63,741 bases of DNA from Octopus bimaculoides (lineage: Eukaryota), in NCBI RefSeq assembly GCF_001194135.2, contig NC_068982.1, positions 114,177,794-114,241,534 on the forward strand. The letters run 5' to 3'. A program made the translations under genes and the position numbers. Positions 51,621 to 63,741 of this stretch are shown here, piece after piece. The notes under the pieces are model-generated. The model was not told the DNA's origin, made no database searches, and saw only the letters and a list, made by a program, of their open reading frames with translations. The first letter of the stretch is position 1; every line of letters begins with the position of its first letter.

Positions 51621-52604
51621 ATATCAGTAATTCTGTAACGACCATGAAAATAACATCGTTCAAATAGAAAATTCTTAAATCTTGTTCAAGTTTTCAGTTT
51701 TGCCATTATCTCCAATGAGAATCCATATAATTAGAAATGTATATGATAACACACGCGTTAAACAACAAATTGTAACAGTACCCCATTATAGCCACAGCCA
51801 AATGATAGGAACTTGTAAAAATAGTCATTGCTGATATAATGTATCTCCAAACTACTCAGTAGAGCATTGTTGAGGGGATAAAAAGAAGAAACAATCGGAA
51901 GTTTTTCTACAAAACTACCCAGTGATCATGTTGGATACAAAACAAAGAGTTAATATAAATCTAAGAAGGAACATATAGCAGAGAAATGAAAACTACGCCT
52001 TCCTACGCTGAATGCTCGTAATTTGATATAAACACAAATAATAACAGCAAAATAAGTTGTTATCTGTGGTAACTCATTGCCTTTGTCAAAACAGTTACAT
52101 GGCTGTTAGTTATATAATGATTAGTTACAAGACATTCTAACGAGCTTTAACAACTATTGTTACTCTTTCATTTTCTCTAACACATTTGATATGGTTTTAA
52201 TTAACTTTTATATCATTTCCCTCAAAAATTTATGTTTCCTGTTTTACACGATCGACATCTAACGAACATGTACCGCAGTCAATGAAGTGAGTTTCAATAT
52301 TGTTGCACGGTTTAAAAAAAAAGACAAAAGAGAGCGAAGCCTCACTCAAATTACGCACTACTGATAAAAAAGAGACCCTTTCAATCATGTAGTCTTGGAT
52401 ACATTATCTGAATATTAAAAAAAGAAAAACAGGATGGTTACAGCTAGAACATTGTTGATCCTAAGTCTGCTGGCTGAAGGCTAAACAACATGTTTCACAT
52501 TGAAAAAAGAAAATAGATGTATATCACTATGATGACTACTGCAATATCTACACTCTTGTATTCTATTTACAATTCCAAAGTATCAAAAGTAAAATAATGG
52601 TTTC

Positions 52605-52770
52605 AAATTTTGGCACAAGGCCAGAAATTTTGGGGTGGAGGGAAAGTGGTACTTATCTTATCGGCCTTGAAAGGATGAAAGATAAAGTCCACATTACCGG
52701 CATTTGAACTCAGAATGTAATGACGGGTCAAATGCATTTTGCCTGGTGTGCTAACGATTCTGCATGCTCA
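52605..52770 (-). mobile_element. SINE-A copy, decayed
   Basis: tttcaaattttggcacaagg...ggatgaaagataaagtc...gaactcagaatgt. Other decayed copies at about 41640-41740, 42690-42810, 53410-53530 and 62750-62830. Confidence 0.75.
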
Positions 52771-53744
52771 CCGCCTTATCGAAAACAAAATATTAAGACG
52801 AATAAAATTTCGTTTAATTTTAATGTCTACTTACGTGATATTAGTTTTCTATCAATCAATCAACCAATGGGTCAATTTATCACTCATTCATTCTATGACC
52901 TCTAAATTTTGTTTATATTACAATTTGCTAGTATTAAGAGTTAAACCTTCCTCAAATCTCATCAATTTCTCTTAGAAGCAAAGTCCTCCGAGGTTAATGT
53001 AGCTATAAATATACCATGTCTCAAGAAAAGACGTGATGGTCACTGCAAGAACGTTTACGGTTGTACAGCGGCGCGAACAGGACGGATCTGTGACCTAACA
53101 TCAGCAACAATAATACAAGTTATAACTTCAATTACCCTTGTCATTTGTTATATATGGTCTGAGTACTAGCATCTGAGAAGTTCCTCTCTAAGATACAGGC
53201 CTGGGCAAAGGTTCTTTGTGGAATACTAGCCGTTAATCGAGCATCGAAATACATACTTTCCACGCCAGAGATATTGCCCGAGGAAAGGATAAGATCGATG
53301 CAACTTGGTACCTGTATCGCCACAGTCGTTCGCGTCAGAATGCAATTAGCCAGTATAGGTACCCCAATGTCTTCTGTCCGTCACTGAAGTAACTCTTCCA
53401 ATCCACCATCATAGAGCACTACCTTATTTATTAATCTCCACCGACCCCAAGAATAATCAAAGTTAAATATGACCTCACAGGAATTTGAACACAGAGCGCC
53501 AGAAATCAGAACAAATACTACCCGGTAGTCAATTCGCTGCTTTAATCTATTTCGAAAAAGCTCAAAAAGGATATTTCATTAAAATTATTATAAGGATTGA
53601 GTTCAGACGTCTTTGTCGTTTCAAACAACTAAACGAGAAAACAATGATGAGATTGCCGAAAATGACTTGCTCCTCCTTTCGCGTGAAATTAAGAAAATTT
53701 TCGATGTTCCTTCCTCCCTCTCCCTCTCCCCTTCTCTCACACAT

Positions 53745-53803
<59 letters not shown>

Positions 53804-54984
53804 CAAAGGGGATAAAAAAAATGTGAAAGTGACGTCTACAAGTACAACCTAAGGCAAAAAGAAATTACAGGAGCTGAACCGCGTATGTATCTTTATGAAT
53901 ACCGTAGTCGAAGTAAATATAAACGTCTTTTTTCTTTTACTACATAAGCATATCAATTTAGTCTTCTCTCGTGTCCTCTGAGAATCGTAAACAATTTGAC
54001 AGCTAATTAACCTCCAGGGAGTAAATTATCACACTGAGCGTCTGAAATAGTCCAGCAACACACTGAAATCCTATATTCCAGAATAAATATGAATATCAGT
54101 ATTTAACTATAATGTAAACGGTTGATAAGCATGATATCAACATAGATGGTGTCCGCAAGTGTAGCCTTAGAGCATGAAACGAAAAAAACACCATCACAGA
54201 AGTGGATCCACGTAGGAATCGGTTGACTAGTGGTCGAACTGCCGATTATACAAAGTGTGTCTTAAATGAATTTCAGGCACGAATATCAAATATATACGAT
54301 ATATATGACATTTCTCTATGTTTTAATGTGTTTCACACAAGTTTTTAACTAAAAATTACGAACTTTATAGCTGTTCGTCTGATGCGTGTATATATATACT
54401 ATGTAGTATTCGGTTGCTAGAAATATGCAGTTATTTTTGGCTTGCTTTATTGTTTCTGTTTTTCCGTGTTGTTTCAGTTTTGTTTCTGTTGAACTTTGTT
54501 ATAGTATCAGAAGGTAACTACGCTGAGTACGTATTGCGCAAGTTATGTAATTACAAATAATTGCGGAGAACGAATCCACACACACCTATACACACACACA
54601 TACACACACACACACATATAAGTTGTAACATTGAGATTATGGAAACTATGTACTGTGTGAGTCATGTTACAGTATTGGGAAGACATTGTAAACAAAATGT
54701 ACTACGTAAATTTATATAGTATTATGAAGTGATTGCATAGAATATATCCTGAAATTTGATTATTGAGTCTTTAAAATACACACTGTACGCTATTTTATAG
54801 TATTGGGTAATGACTGAGTAGAAGGTATAACGTGCAAGTTGACTGAGTTTATTATGGGCTCATTCGATTCTGTACATTATAAGCCTATTGGGAGATGTTC
54901 GGGCTGTGTATGTTTTGAGTACGTTCGTTACCAGTGGTGTGATTGTGATTGACTATATCCTCTTTATATGGTGTAGTTTGAAAG

Positions 54985-55155
54985 GGTGAGGTCGACCTTA
55001 CCTTTCATCCATTGCCGAAGCCGACTTTGCCTTTCAACCTTTCGGGTTTGATAAATTAAGTACCAGTAGAGTACTGGGGTCGTTTTAATCGACTAATCTC
55101 CTCCCCCAAAATTCCGAACCGTGTACCTATAGTAGAAAGGATTAATTTATTATTA
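54985..55155 (+). mobile_element. 5'-truncated SINE-A with a duplicated gaggtcgac..ctttcatcc segment
   Basis: Core plus cctatagtagaaagg-att tail. Confidence 0.8.
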
Positions 55156-55800
55156 TGTGAACATTTGGTTTATAAAGTCTGGTGTGATACTAAAGTTTCT
55201 GTTTCTTTATCATATCCAGTACACAGATGTTCTCTGTACTAGAACAGCTTTTCATATTTAAGCAATGCTTTTTCCTTTTCTTTTGTTTTATGTCAAAGAG
55301 GAACGAAACACCTCTCAGTTTTCATATTACTTTATTATAATCAATCATAATGAAAGCTAGAAAATTTATCCAATCAATTGTTGGTTTGTGCAATCATATC
55401 CCTGACTGTTGTCAGGGATATCACTATAGTCAGCTGAGTTATGTACTTTGTTTTGTACATGCTAATATTCTACTTGTTAGTTATGTTGAGCGGTCGAAAT
55501 ATGGCCCGGTTACAAAGATTCTTACAGTCATATCCTTGGATATATAATGTGATGGCATGGCATCTGGAGATTGACTTCCTTATGCTTCACAAATATAGGC
55601 AAAGTTTTGTAGTCAAGGATTTCGCTTCTCACCCAGTTTGGATCCAGTCTAACTTTAGGGTACATTGTGAAAGTATCTTCTCGTATATTCTTGGGTTAAC
55701 AAACGCATTCTAAATGGAATTTGTAGAAAGAATATATGATGTGTGTGTTTGTGTGTGTGTGTGCGTGTGTGTTTGTGTATGTGCTTGTGTGTATGTGCGT

Positions 55801-56181
55801 GTGTTCTCAGGATCGAATGAGTCGTTAAGAACTTTGCTTTGATGAGGTCTTGGGTTCGATCCCTCAATATGAAAACTTGAGCCTATACTATAGGCTATGA
55901 TTGATTATGTTCAGTGCAGATTTGGGTACTTTATATAAGGCTGAAATTACGGTTGTCAATGATGTTGAGTTTATTATTGAATACATTTAATTTTTTTTCC
56001 CGAATTTGTAGCGGTATTCTGATGAAACATGGATATATTCAATAATTAATGTGATTTTAATTAGTATTCATGAATATAAATGTTAGCTTCTTTTAATTAG
56101 TTTTTCTTATTTGTATCAACTGTATTCTTTTCCTGTGACACTGTATCATATTTTTATATATGATATATAAATATATCATAC

Positions 56182-56250
<69 letters not shown>

Positions 56251-56400
56251 TGTGTATGTGTGTGTGTGTTCTCAGGATCGAATGAGTCGTTAAGAACTTT
56301 GCTTTGATGAGGTCCTGGGTTCGATCCCTCAATAGGGAAACATGAGCCTATACTATAGGTTTGTCTCGGCCCCAGCCTTTTGACAGACTTCGGTTCCTTT
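55801..56400 (+). repeat. direct repeats of a SINE-B-like head (55801-55894, 56266-56359) flanking a captured segment of about 290 bp
   Basis: Insert 55893-55939 matches 59527-59573; insert 55940-about 56183 matches 60495-about 60740. Confidence 0.9.
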
Positions 56401-57499
56401 TCATCACCGAAAGATGTAAACAACAGCGAACATATTGTGTTACATTTATTCCGGTGTTATTACGCAAACTTTTGTCACTCCCGTCATCGTAAATGCAGCG
56501 AGTCAATGATGGCACTTTGAAAATCCGTGCACAACGTTATTGTTTTCAAAATGCGATATAAACGGAAGATAATATTTTAAAAAATGCTGATTACTTAAGC
56601 ATTTGTTGTTTTATTTTGGTAGATTTTTTTCGTTAGGAATTCAGCTTAAGCAGCTAAAATCAAAATCTTCCGTTTCTGTGTAAGAGCCTCTGAGCCATTG
56701 TCAGCTTTCATATTGAGGCATTTCCGTTTTGTCTAGACTTACTAATCACGAGGAGATTTTTTTCCTATTTTCCTGTATACTTTCTAGACTGAATTTTATC
56801 ATTCATATAATTACTCTTTTTCTGTAGTTTTCACCTTATCTAGAACTTATCCTTGTTATAATTAGCTCCTAGTTTGTATTACATTATTTTAAATATTGTT
56901 TCACTTTTAAACTAATGTATTTATGTTTGCTTGTTTCTAAGTATTTTTCAAGACTCACTATAGATATATTGGAATATATCTCTCTTTGTATCAAGTCCCC
57001 TGAGTGGAAAGTAGATATATCCTACAACTTAATACTTCAGGATGATGGGGCCAAAATGTAAAGTGTAGTTTCTCATTTTCTTTATCTACACTCTTCATTT
57101 CACTTATATATTTTTATGGATGCTATAGTTTATGGCTAGGATAATTACTGTAATGTACTTATATTCTCATTTCTGGTAACTTTACTCTTCCTTAGCGCTT
57201 GTATTTTTTCCTAGTTTCTAATATTCTCCATATTCCAGTCATATATATTATCAGGTTCATCTACTCTTAATTATTTTTATGAGTAGTCTCTTCTAATTCT
57301 CTAATTTCCGAGTCTGGGTCTAATTTAATTTTCTCAGTCCTAATTAATTTAACACTGTAAGTAGATTTTGTACATTTGTTTAACCTCATATTCGTTTAAT
57401 CGCGGTTGAACTTGTATACTTATTCTAGTAGACTCTCCAGGTAAGTACAATTTCTGAGATAATGTTTTTAATCGCCCGTATAATGGTTCATAATTCATG

Positions 57500-58850
57500 A
57501 TTGTTTTCCGTCGAGAGAAAAGAAATGCGCCATGGTCTTTGCAGGCTATTCGAGACTGTTGAGATTGATATGAAGTAGTATAGGTAGAATGAGGAACCAG
57601 CGAGTCTGAGCTGGAGGGCTGAATCATGTTGGCAGGCGTGATCCTGACAGTCAGCCAGTTTATTGTCGTTTGAATGCAGTGTATGATGTTGTTCTGTGTA
57701 TAAGCAGCGCCTTCTCAAATATAGAAGCAGCATTCTGCTTTGTAGAGTGTCGACAGCAGCGTCGGACTAAAATATTTTCTGCCTAAAAAAAATGAAAGCT
57801 ACTCTCCCGAACGCAGGTTGTGCTAAATTATTTCAAGCCACCAGGTGAGATTGTCGTTGATTGTCAGATTTCGCCTCATATTTGTGGTAACTTTTGTAGA
57901 TTTAAGACTAGAAAATATGAGTGATAGGTTGTTTCCTTCATGTGAGCATTGCAAGTATCCGAAAGTTGAAGGGCATATGCTTCTACCGGAAAATATTTTT
58001 AAGAGCTTTGTTCATTGGTGCAATGATGTGATGTGTCTAGGATAGAATGGAGTGGGATATCACCTCCATAGGAACAAGTTATTTTGGAGTTAACTGCAAG
58101 AGACAGTTAAAGGACAAAGAGAAAGTCTGGGTTACATAACCGATCTTTGGAGGACATCAGAACTGGTCAAGAGTAACAAAAACAATTTTGCTGATACATC
58201 TGATTAGTTTTAATGGTGTTAACAATAACAAAAATGACAATGATTAGCAACAAGGGCAACTATTCTCCATGCAATGATTCTAAAAGTGCTAACCATATTT
58301 CTCTCTATAGCTTTTCTTATGTGCAGAATTAGATAGTTTTGTCAACCGTGTACATTTGGAAGATCATCCGCTAACGTCCTTTGGCAACAAGAGAAGGCAG
58401 CTTTAGTCTGTTCAGTATTTATGGTGAAACAATACAGCGAACAAGAGTGAAAGTACTGAGATCGGATTAAAAATCATAATTAGATGCTGAAATAACTTTG
58501 CACCTTCAACTGATACTTTAGGATAACTGTACATTTCTCGCTGTATTGTAAGGGTCATTTAGTAGTCCCATGCCAGTCTTGTTCAAGCAGATCTGTAATA
58601 TCAAAGGTGTTCTAATCATGCTAATCCAGTCTTTAAACAATTTGCTTCACGTCACGTTATTTGATATGTTCTAACTTCTTATTTGTTGCTTATTTGCAAT
58701 AGATCAAGTGCCCAACAGAGGATCCTTCATTAGTATGCATTTTTGTGTTGTTTCGTTCCTCCACGCCGTATAATCAATTTCCTCAGCCCGCAAAGAATTG
58801 TATGGGATACCCGTATAAACACCTCACACTAATCCTTGAGAGACCAATGC
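57500..58850 (-). mobile_element. CR1/L2/Jockey-group LINE remnant, very decayed
   Basis: LTINDNLTW, RKYFSPTLLSTLYKA, CCFYI*EGAA and SFYLYYF. Weaker upstream patches FIRVSHTIL and GSSVGHL. Confidence 0.55.
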
Positions 58851-59834
58851 AGTTGAAATCAATTTCCTATTTTCACTATTTTCAGTTTTATCCTTGTTTC
58901 TCAAGTAATTGTCGATATTGATACGGTCAACAGATCAATCTGTTATCTTGCAATAACAAAAGCGTAGAATTTTAGGTTTGTACATATATATNNNNNNNNN
59001 NNNNNNNNNNNNNNNNNNNTATATATATATATATATATATTCTCCATTGTGGCCCCGATATGCTCGCCTGGTTTGTGTCTCGTAATCACAAGAAGCTTCT
59101 TCCCTGCTTGAATCGTATCTCTAAAATATTCCTGAAAAATGAATAAGCCAATAATTCTCTTGTCATTAGTATCACTATTCTTCTCCACAAATCTATATAA
59201 GCGACAGTTAATTGTCTATCAAGAGCTTGAAATTATAGGAAGCATTCAAAAACATCGAAGACCCAAATCACCTCTTCTCGAGATTTCTGTATATTCGCTT
59301 TAATTATCTTGTGACTTTCAGACACTAAGCGTACGTGTTCGAATCTGCCATAGAATAATACTTTAAATTATATTATTTAGTTGAAGAGGTTAAGACAGAT
59401 CTCATGGCCTCTCTAGTTCTCTCAGTCTTGCTGAGTTGATGTGACTGACATTCACCTTAACAGATGTACGTTGAAATTTGTATGAAAAATGACATTAATG
59501 AGAGGATTTCAAACTGATGCAATACTGGCTATGATTGATTATGTTCAGTGCGGATTTGGGTACTTTATATAAGTGTAGAACAGGCGAATGAAAAGGGTGG
59601 AATTAAGTTGGGACAGAGTACAACCTTTTAGTTTAGAAGATCGGAAGGTACAGAAGAGGCAGAAATAAGAAACAGTATACTTGAGTCGGTGGTTGTCATA
59701 AATTCATGAGGGAGTCTGTCAATAAGACGAATGGCTGTCAACATGGAACTTTGAATTTTTCATGATACAATATGATTTCGTTGGGTGGTTATGAGATGAA
59801 GCAGAATGTTTTTAACTACATCTTCAAGCATCTG

Positions 59835-60420
59835 TTACTTACATGAGTTTCACCGCATCACGCCAGGAAGAGTCCCTACTCATCATTAATTTTGGTAGGC
59901 CTTCAGTTTTATGTTCTGTGTGCTTGCCAATAATACCATTGTAATTGAATGGCTTTCATCCTCTATTAAAGTACGGAAATTTCTAAAACATAACACCTGG
60001 TATGACCCTGTGTTCAGCACGTTAGCAGTGGCCTGCGAAGCATGCCTTGCGTTGAGCAACAATAGTGGATATGGGTTAAATGAGAATATAAATTTCCTCT
60101 TCGGTCTTGTACTCATGCCAGGAGAGGATATGAGCCTTCATGCAAATCCAAGAATACGTACTATCAAAATGATCATAAATCCTCTTCAGAAGAAGGCCAG
60201 CCTTGATGGCTTTTAAATAATTGATTGCTAGGGGTTTTGAAGCTTGTTGCAGGCACTCCAGGCTTGTCCTTTGCATGTAATAAAGTCTCTCTTATTGTTA
60301 GTAAAATAGGACCTAACATACTTGAAGTCACTGATCTCTTTGAGTTGTATGACATTGTTTTCAGGTGGCTTTCATTTGCATTGAGGAAGGATCATATATT
60401 CAGTGTCCTTCACGAACAGA
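59835..60420 (-). mobile_element. RTE/RTEX-like LINE 3' remnant
   Basis: KDTEYM, LKEISDFKYVRSY, KRDFITCKGQAWSACNKL, LSWHEYKTEEEIY, TIVAQRKACFAGHC and KLMMSRDSSWRDAV. Confidence 0.75.
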
Positions 60421-60769
60421 ATTTTAAATAAGAGTTGTAAGAGTTGAGTTAGCGACTTTTTCTTTGATATGAATAGTGATTATTTCTTGGTTAGGCTGAA
60501 ATTATGGTTGTCAATGATGTTGAGTTTATTATTGAATACATCTAATTTTTTTTTCCCGAATTTGTAGCGGTATTATGATGAAACATGGATATATTCATTA
60601 ATTAATGTGATTTTAATTAGTATTCAGGAATATAAATTTTAGCTTCTTTTAATTAGTTTTTCTTATTTGTATCAAACTGTATTCTTTTCCTGTGACACTG
60701 TATAATATTTTTATATATGATATATAAATATATCGTATATAGGTGTGTATACTTGTGTAGTTGTGCGAA

Positions 60770-60930
60770 TATGGGCGGTGCCTGCCCAAATGATTAGGAA
60801 CTTTGTTTCACAATTGCGAGGTCACAGGTTCGATCCTAATGCTTTGCATTCGGGTCTAGTGTCTTTTACCATTGGCTCGAGTTGACCCAAGTTTGGTGAG
60901 TAAAAGTAAATGGATGGAAACGGACTGGAA
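60770..60930 (+). mobile_element. decayed SINE-B head
   Basis: ggttcgatcc B box followed by ctagtgtctttt and gttgaccc..gtgagt. Confidence 0.55.
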
Positions 60931-61821
60931 TGCATTCAAAGGTATAAAATTGTCACACAATTTAGCACGCTGATACTCCTTGAGAATTACGTTAAAGATA
61001 TACATGTCTTTGGAATACTCAGCCACTTACACGTAAATTTTCATAAGCTTGCTAGTGCTGTTGATTGAACAGCTGAATATGAATCATTGATACAGGCGGA
61101 AGACCATTTGCCTGTGTTTATATGTGTGTTTATATGAACACAAACGCGCATTTCATATACATATTTGTTCCAGAAAAAAAATCAAGGAAACCCCCAACGG
61201 ATGTGTAAATAAACAAATCTCCCTATATTTTTTTTTTTATACGTAGTCGTTATTCCTTAACATAGAAATAATTCTATACAAGCTATTTTCGGAAGGTTTC
61301 GGTAATTTCCTATCGCCTACACACCGTTAAGTTGCTTCGGGTCTATATATGGCAATATTGAAAGGGAATCAACCTATATAGTTATGTAGCCGGCTAACTT
61401 CACCCAGTACTTTTCCATTGCTGTCTGCTTCTTCTCAAAATTCCCTTTCGATAAAAACCCTAGCGGAAAACAGAATAGTTTTTACTGATTCGGTAGGAGT
61501 GGATGGTTCAAGACGTGAAAGGGGTGTGCAGTGGAGAAAGAAAGCAGACAGCGAGGGAGGGAGGGAGGGAGGGAGGGAGGGAGGGAGTGGGAGAGTAAAG
61601 CAGAAGTGGAGTGGAGAAGGAAAGAGAGGATGTAGGTTGAAAGTCAGACATAAATTAGATAGATAGATAAATGCATGTGAGTGCTACACAGAGATAAAAA
61701 TAAAACAAACGAATAGTCGAAAAGGTAGAAAAAGTAATGCAGAAAGAAACGAGTGGGGAAACGAGTAAGGATAGGCTATAAATAACTACAAAAATAATGT
61801 GGCATAAGGTACAGACGAATA

Positions 61822-61887
<66 letters not shown>

Positions 61888-63179
61888 ATATTAAGATATG
61901 GGATAGTTTATATATTTAGACATGTAGGTTACTGTGAGTGTCTGTAAATGCCGGTATCCACATGTATGCAGCATGCCTACAGCTTACTACTATGTTCCAA
62001 TAAAAGGGTAAACTGTTTGTGTATCTAAAACATAAACGATATAAATACACACACACACACACATATGCATACATACATATATACATATACACGAGCGTAA
62101 GTATACAAGCGCGCGCACACACTCATACACATACATTATGTGATTCAAAAACGCAATATAGGCCTCGTCTCCTTTTCTGTCCCTCTCTCACACCTACTTC
62201 CGCTTGGCAACCTTCACACATCTCCCCATTGCATTGAGTACATCCCTCTGACCCCAGTTTTCCACTTCGCTGCCACAATTCAGGGATTCCATAAATAACT
62301 GGTTTATCACCCTGCCGTTCACGTTGCAAACTGTCGACCCTTCCCTGTCTCGGAAGACAGCTGAACTTAGTATTGCCGGACAATTGAACAGGGTTACAAT
62401 TATTCTGAACCATTTTTATAACAATGAATATTTGCTCACTTTTTAATAAAAACTTCTCAAATATAAAACCATGATACAAACAGATATAATTAAACAGCAG
62501 AGACAGCATTTAAAATACGTAAAATATTGCAGCAAATTAATAAATTTTATACATCATTTAAATACTCAAAACACTTCTAAGTGACCTTGTGTATGAAATG
62601 CTTTGCTTCTCTATCTCAAATCCAGCTGATGTTGATTGACTTTAATTTTTTGAAATCTCTAAAATACAGAATCCAGCACATGGAGGCTATAGCTAAAGAG
62701 CCGAATCCCAACAATATGTTGTGCCATCTATTGATAACAAGAATAAAAATATAATTTATTCATCCTTTCGTGATCGATAAACTCAAGTAGTCAGGTTAAT
62801 TCAACTGTCTAACCTCCCCTATTTCCTAAATCAAGACGACTATCTATCGTAAATCTGGCTGGGATCCATTCATCTTACTGTGGTAATTAAAAGGTAGCAG
62901 ATAAATTTGAACGGTGGATGCAGGTGAAGTATTTGACGACACAGCCAAAGCCTTTGGTGAAGAAGATAAGAGTAGAGAGGAGGGTGCTTCCAGTAAAGAA
63001 TATGAATGGTAGGTAAGAGTGGTGAAACCAGTGTTGCTAAACTAACCAGTTTTAGACTGGTCACCAGTTGTGATAGAAGACACTATCAGGGATTATGTGT
63101 GGTGTATCCTGAATCACATATATTTTCTCTGCACTTTGAGGGCTGATTCTTGTTCATGTGTTTTTTTTCTACTCTAGGC

Positions 63180-63500
63180 ACTAGGCCCGAAATTTGGGGG
63201 GAGGGGGCAAGTCGATTAGATCAACCCCAGTACGCAACTGGTACTTAATTTAAGATGAAATGCAAAGTCGACCTCAGAACGTGTGCTAACGTTTCTTATT
63301 TCTTTATTGCCCACATGGGGCTAAACATAGAGGAGACAAACAAGGACAGACAAAGAGATTAAGTCGATTACATCGACCCCAGTGCGTAACTGGTACTTAA
63401 TTTATCGACCCCGAAAGGATGAAAGGCGAAGACGACCCCGGCGGAATTTGAACTCAGAACGTAACGGCAGACGAAATACCGATTTCTTTATTACCCATAA
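63180..63500 (-). mobile_element. two SINE-A fragments (about 63180-63290 and 63360-63500)
   Basis: cgattacatcgaccccagtgcgtaactggtacttaatttatcgaccccgaaaggatgaaaggc...gaactcagaacgt. Confidence 0.85.
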
Positions 63501-63741
63501 AGGGCTATACAAAGAATTTTAAAGACATCACAAAACATAAAGACAGTACAAAACGCAAACATAAAATCGGGGTAATTAAAATAAAATGATAATATGCAAG
63601 AATGAAAAAAAATGAGGCGCAATGTCCACTCGATCCCCGAAGTCGGGTGGTTACATTTATCCAGTTTTTCACTTTTACGTCCAACGTCATGTAAACATTT
63701 TAACGGTTTTGTAACTCAAAAAATTCAAACACTCGCGTTAC

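Larger units (their letters stand above)
1394..59019. other. assembly gaps (N runs) at 1394-1588, 2378-3021, 6218-6523, 10189-10919, 19928-20235, about 46716-47004, plus five short ones
   Basis: Directly visible. Most abut (TA)n/(GT)n tracts. ORFs spanning them are artefacts. Confidence 0.99.

Noticed and set aside
53141-53323. ORF with PSCIDLIL, resembling a LINE APE endonuclease motif
   Set aside because: A single short motif with no supporting neighbours.
59574-60494. Segment missing from the 55.9-kb copy interpreted as a spliced intron (processed retrocopy)
   Set aside because: GT-AG splicing would give tatataa|gctgaa with one G, but the copy has tatataaggctgaa. The boundary is off by one base and fits 2-bp microhomology instead.
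1245-62237. ORFs rich in YI/CV/HT/I/SL runs or X (e.g. 9964-10968, 10099-11154, 46483-47112, 26593-26799)
   Set aside because: These are translations of (TA)n, (GT)n, (ATT)n, (GA)n or N-gaps, not genes.
62920-63015. Protein-like stretch GEVFDDTAKAFGEEDKSREEGASSKEYE with a downstream GT donor
   Set aside because: Very short, with a poor polypyrimidine tract and no recognisable homology.

Overview
AT-rich, microsatellite-dense eukaryotic genomic DNA from a draft assembly, with about 11 N-gaps that mostly abut (TA)n/(CA)n tracts. The tRNA-derived SINEs resemble cephalopod (Octopus) repeats; the species call is an inference. No intact protein-coding gene can be supported, and most ORFs in the track are microsatellite or N-gap artefacts. 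The window is mainly decayed mobile elements. DNA transposon remnants: pogo, two Tc1, DD37D/maT, a mariner MITE, hAT and two Helitron 3' termini. Non-LTR remnants: Dong/R4, HERO, three RTE-type and one CR1/L2-group element. There are also four short interspersed repeat families (here A-D) and several Penelope-type minimal hammerhead footprints. The most notable structures are: (1) a 9-unit head-to-tail array of mutually diverged SINE-A copies, each sitting in the previous copy's (ATT)n tail; (2) a templated duplication at 55.8-56.4 kb stitched from two separate donor segments 3.6-4.6 kb downstream; (3) minimal hammerhead cores; (4) a Dong/R4 copy whose truncated 5' end abuts a (TAA)19 tract; (5) perfected hairpins that replace the normal repeat sequence; (6) closely spaced inverted repeat pairs. 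I could not establish a clearly new biological system; these are leads. All alignments were done by eye.
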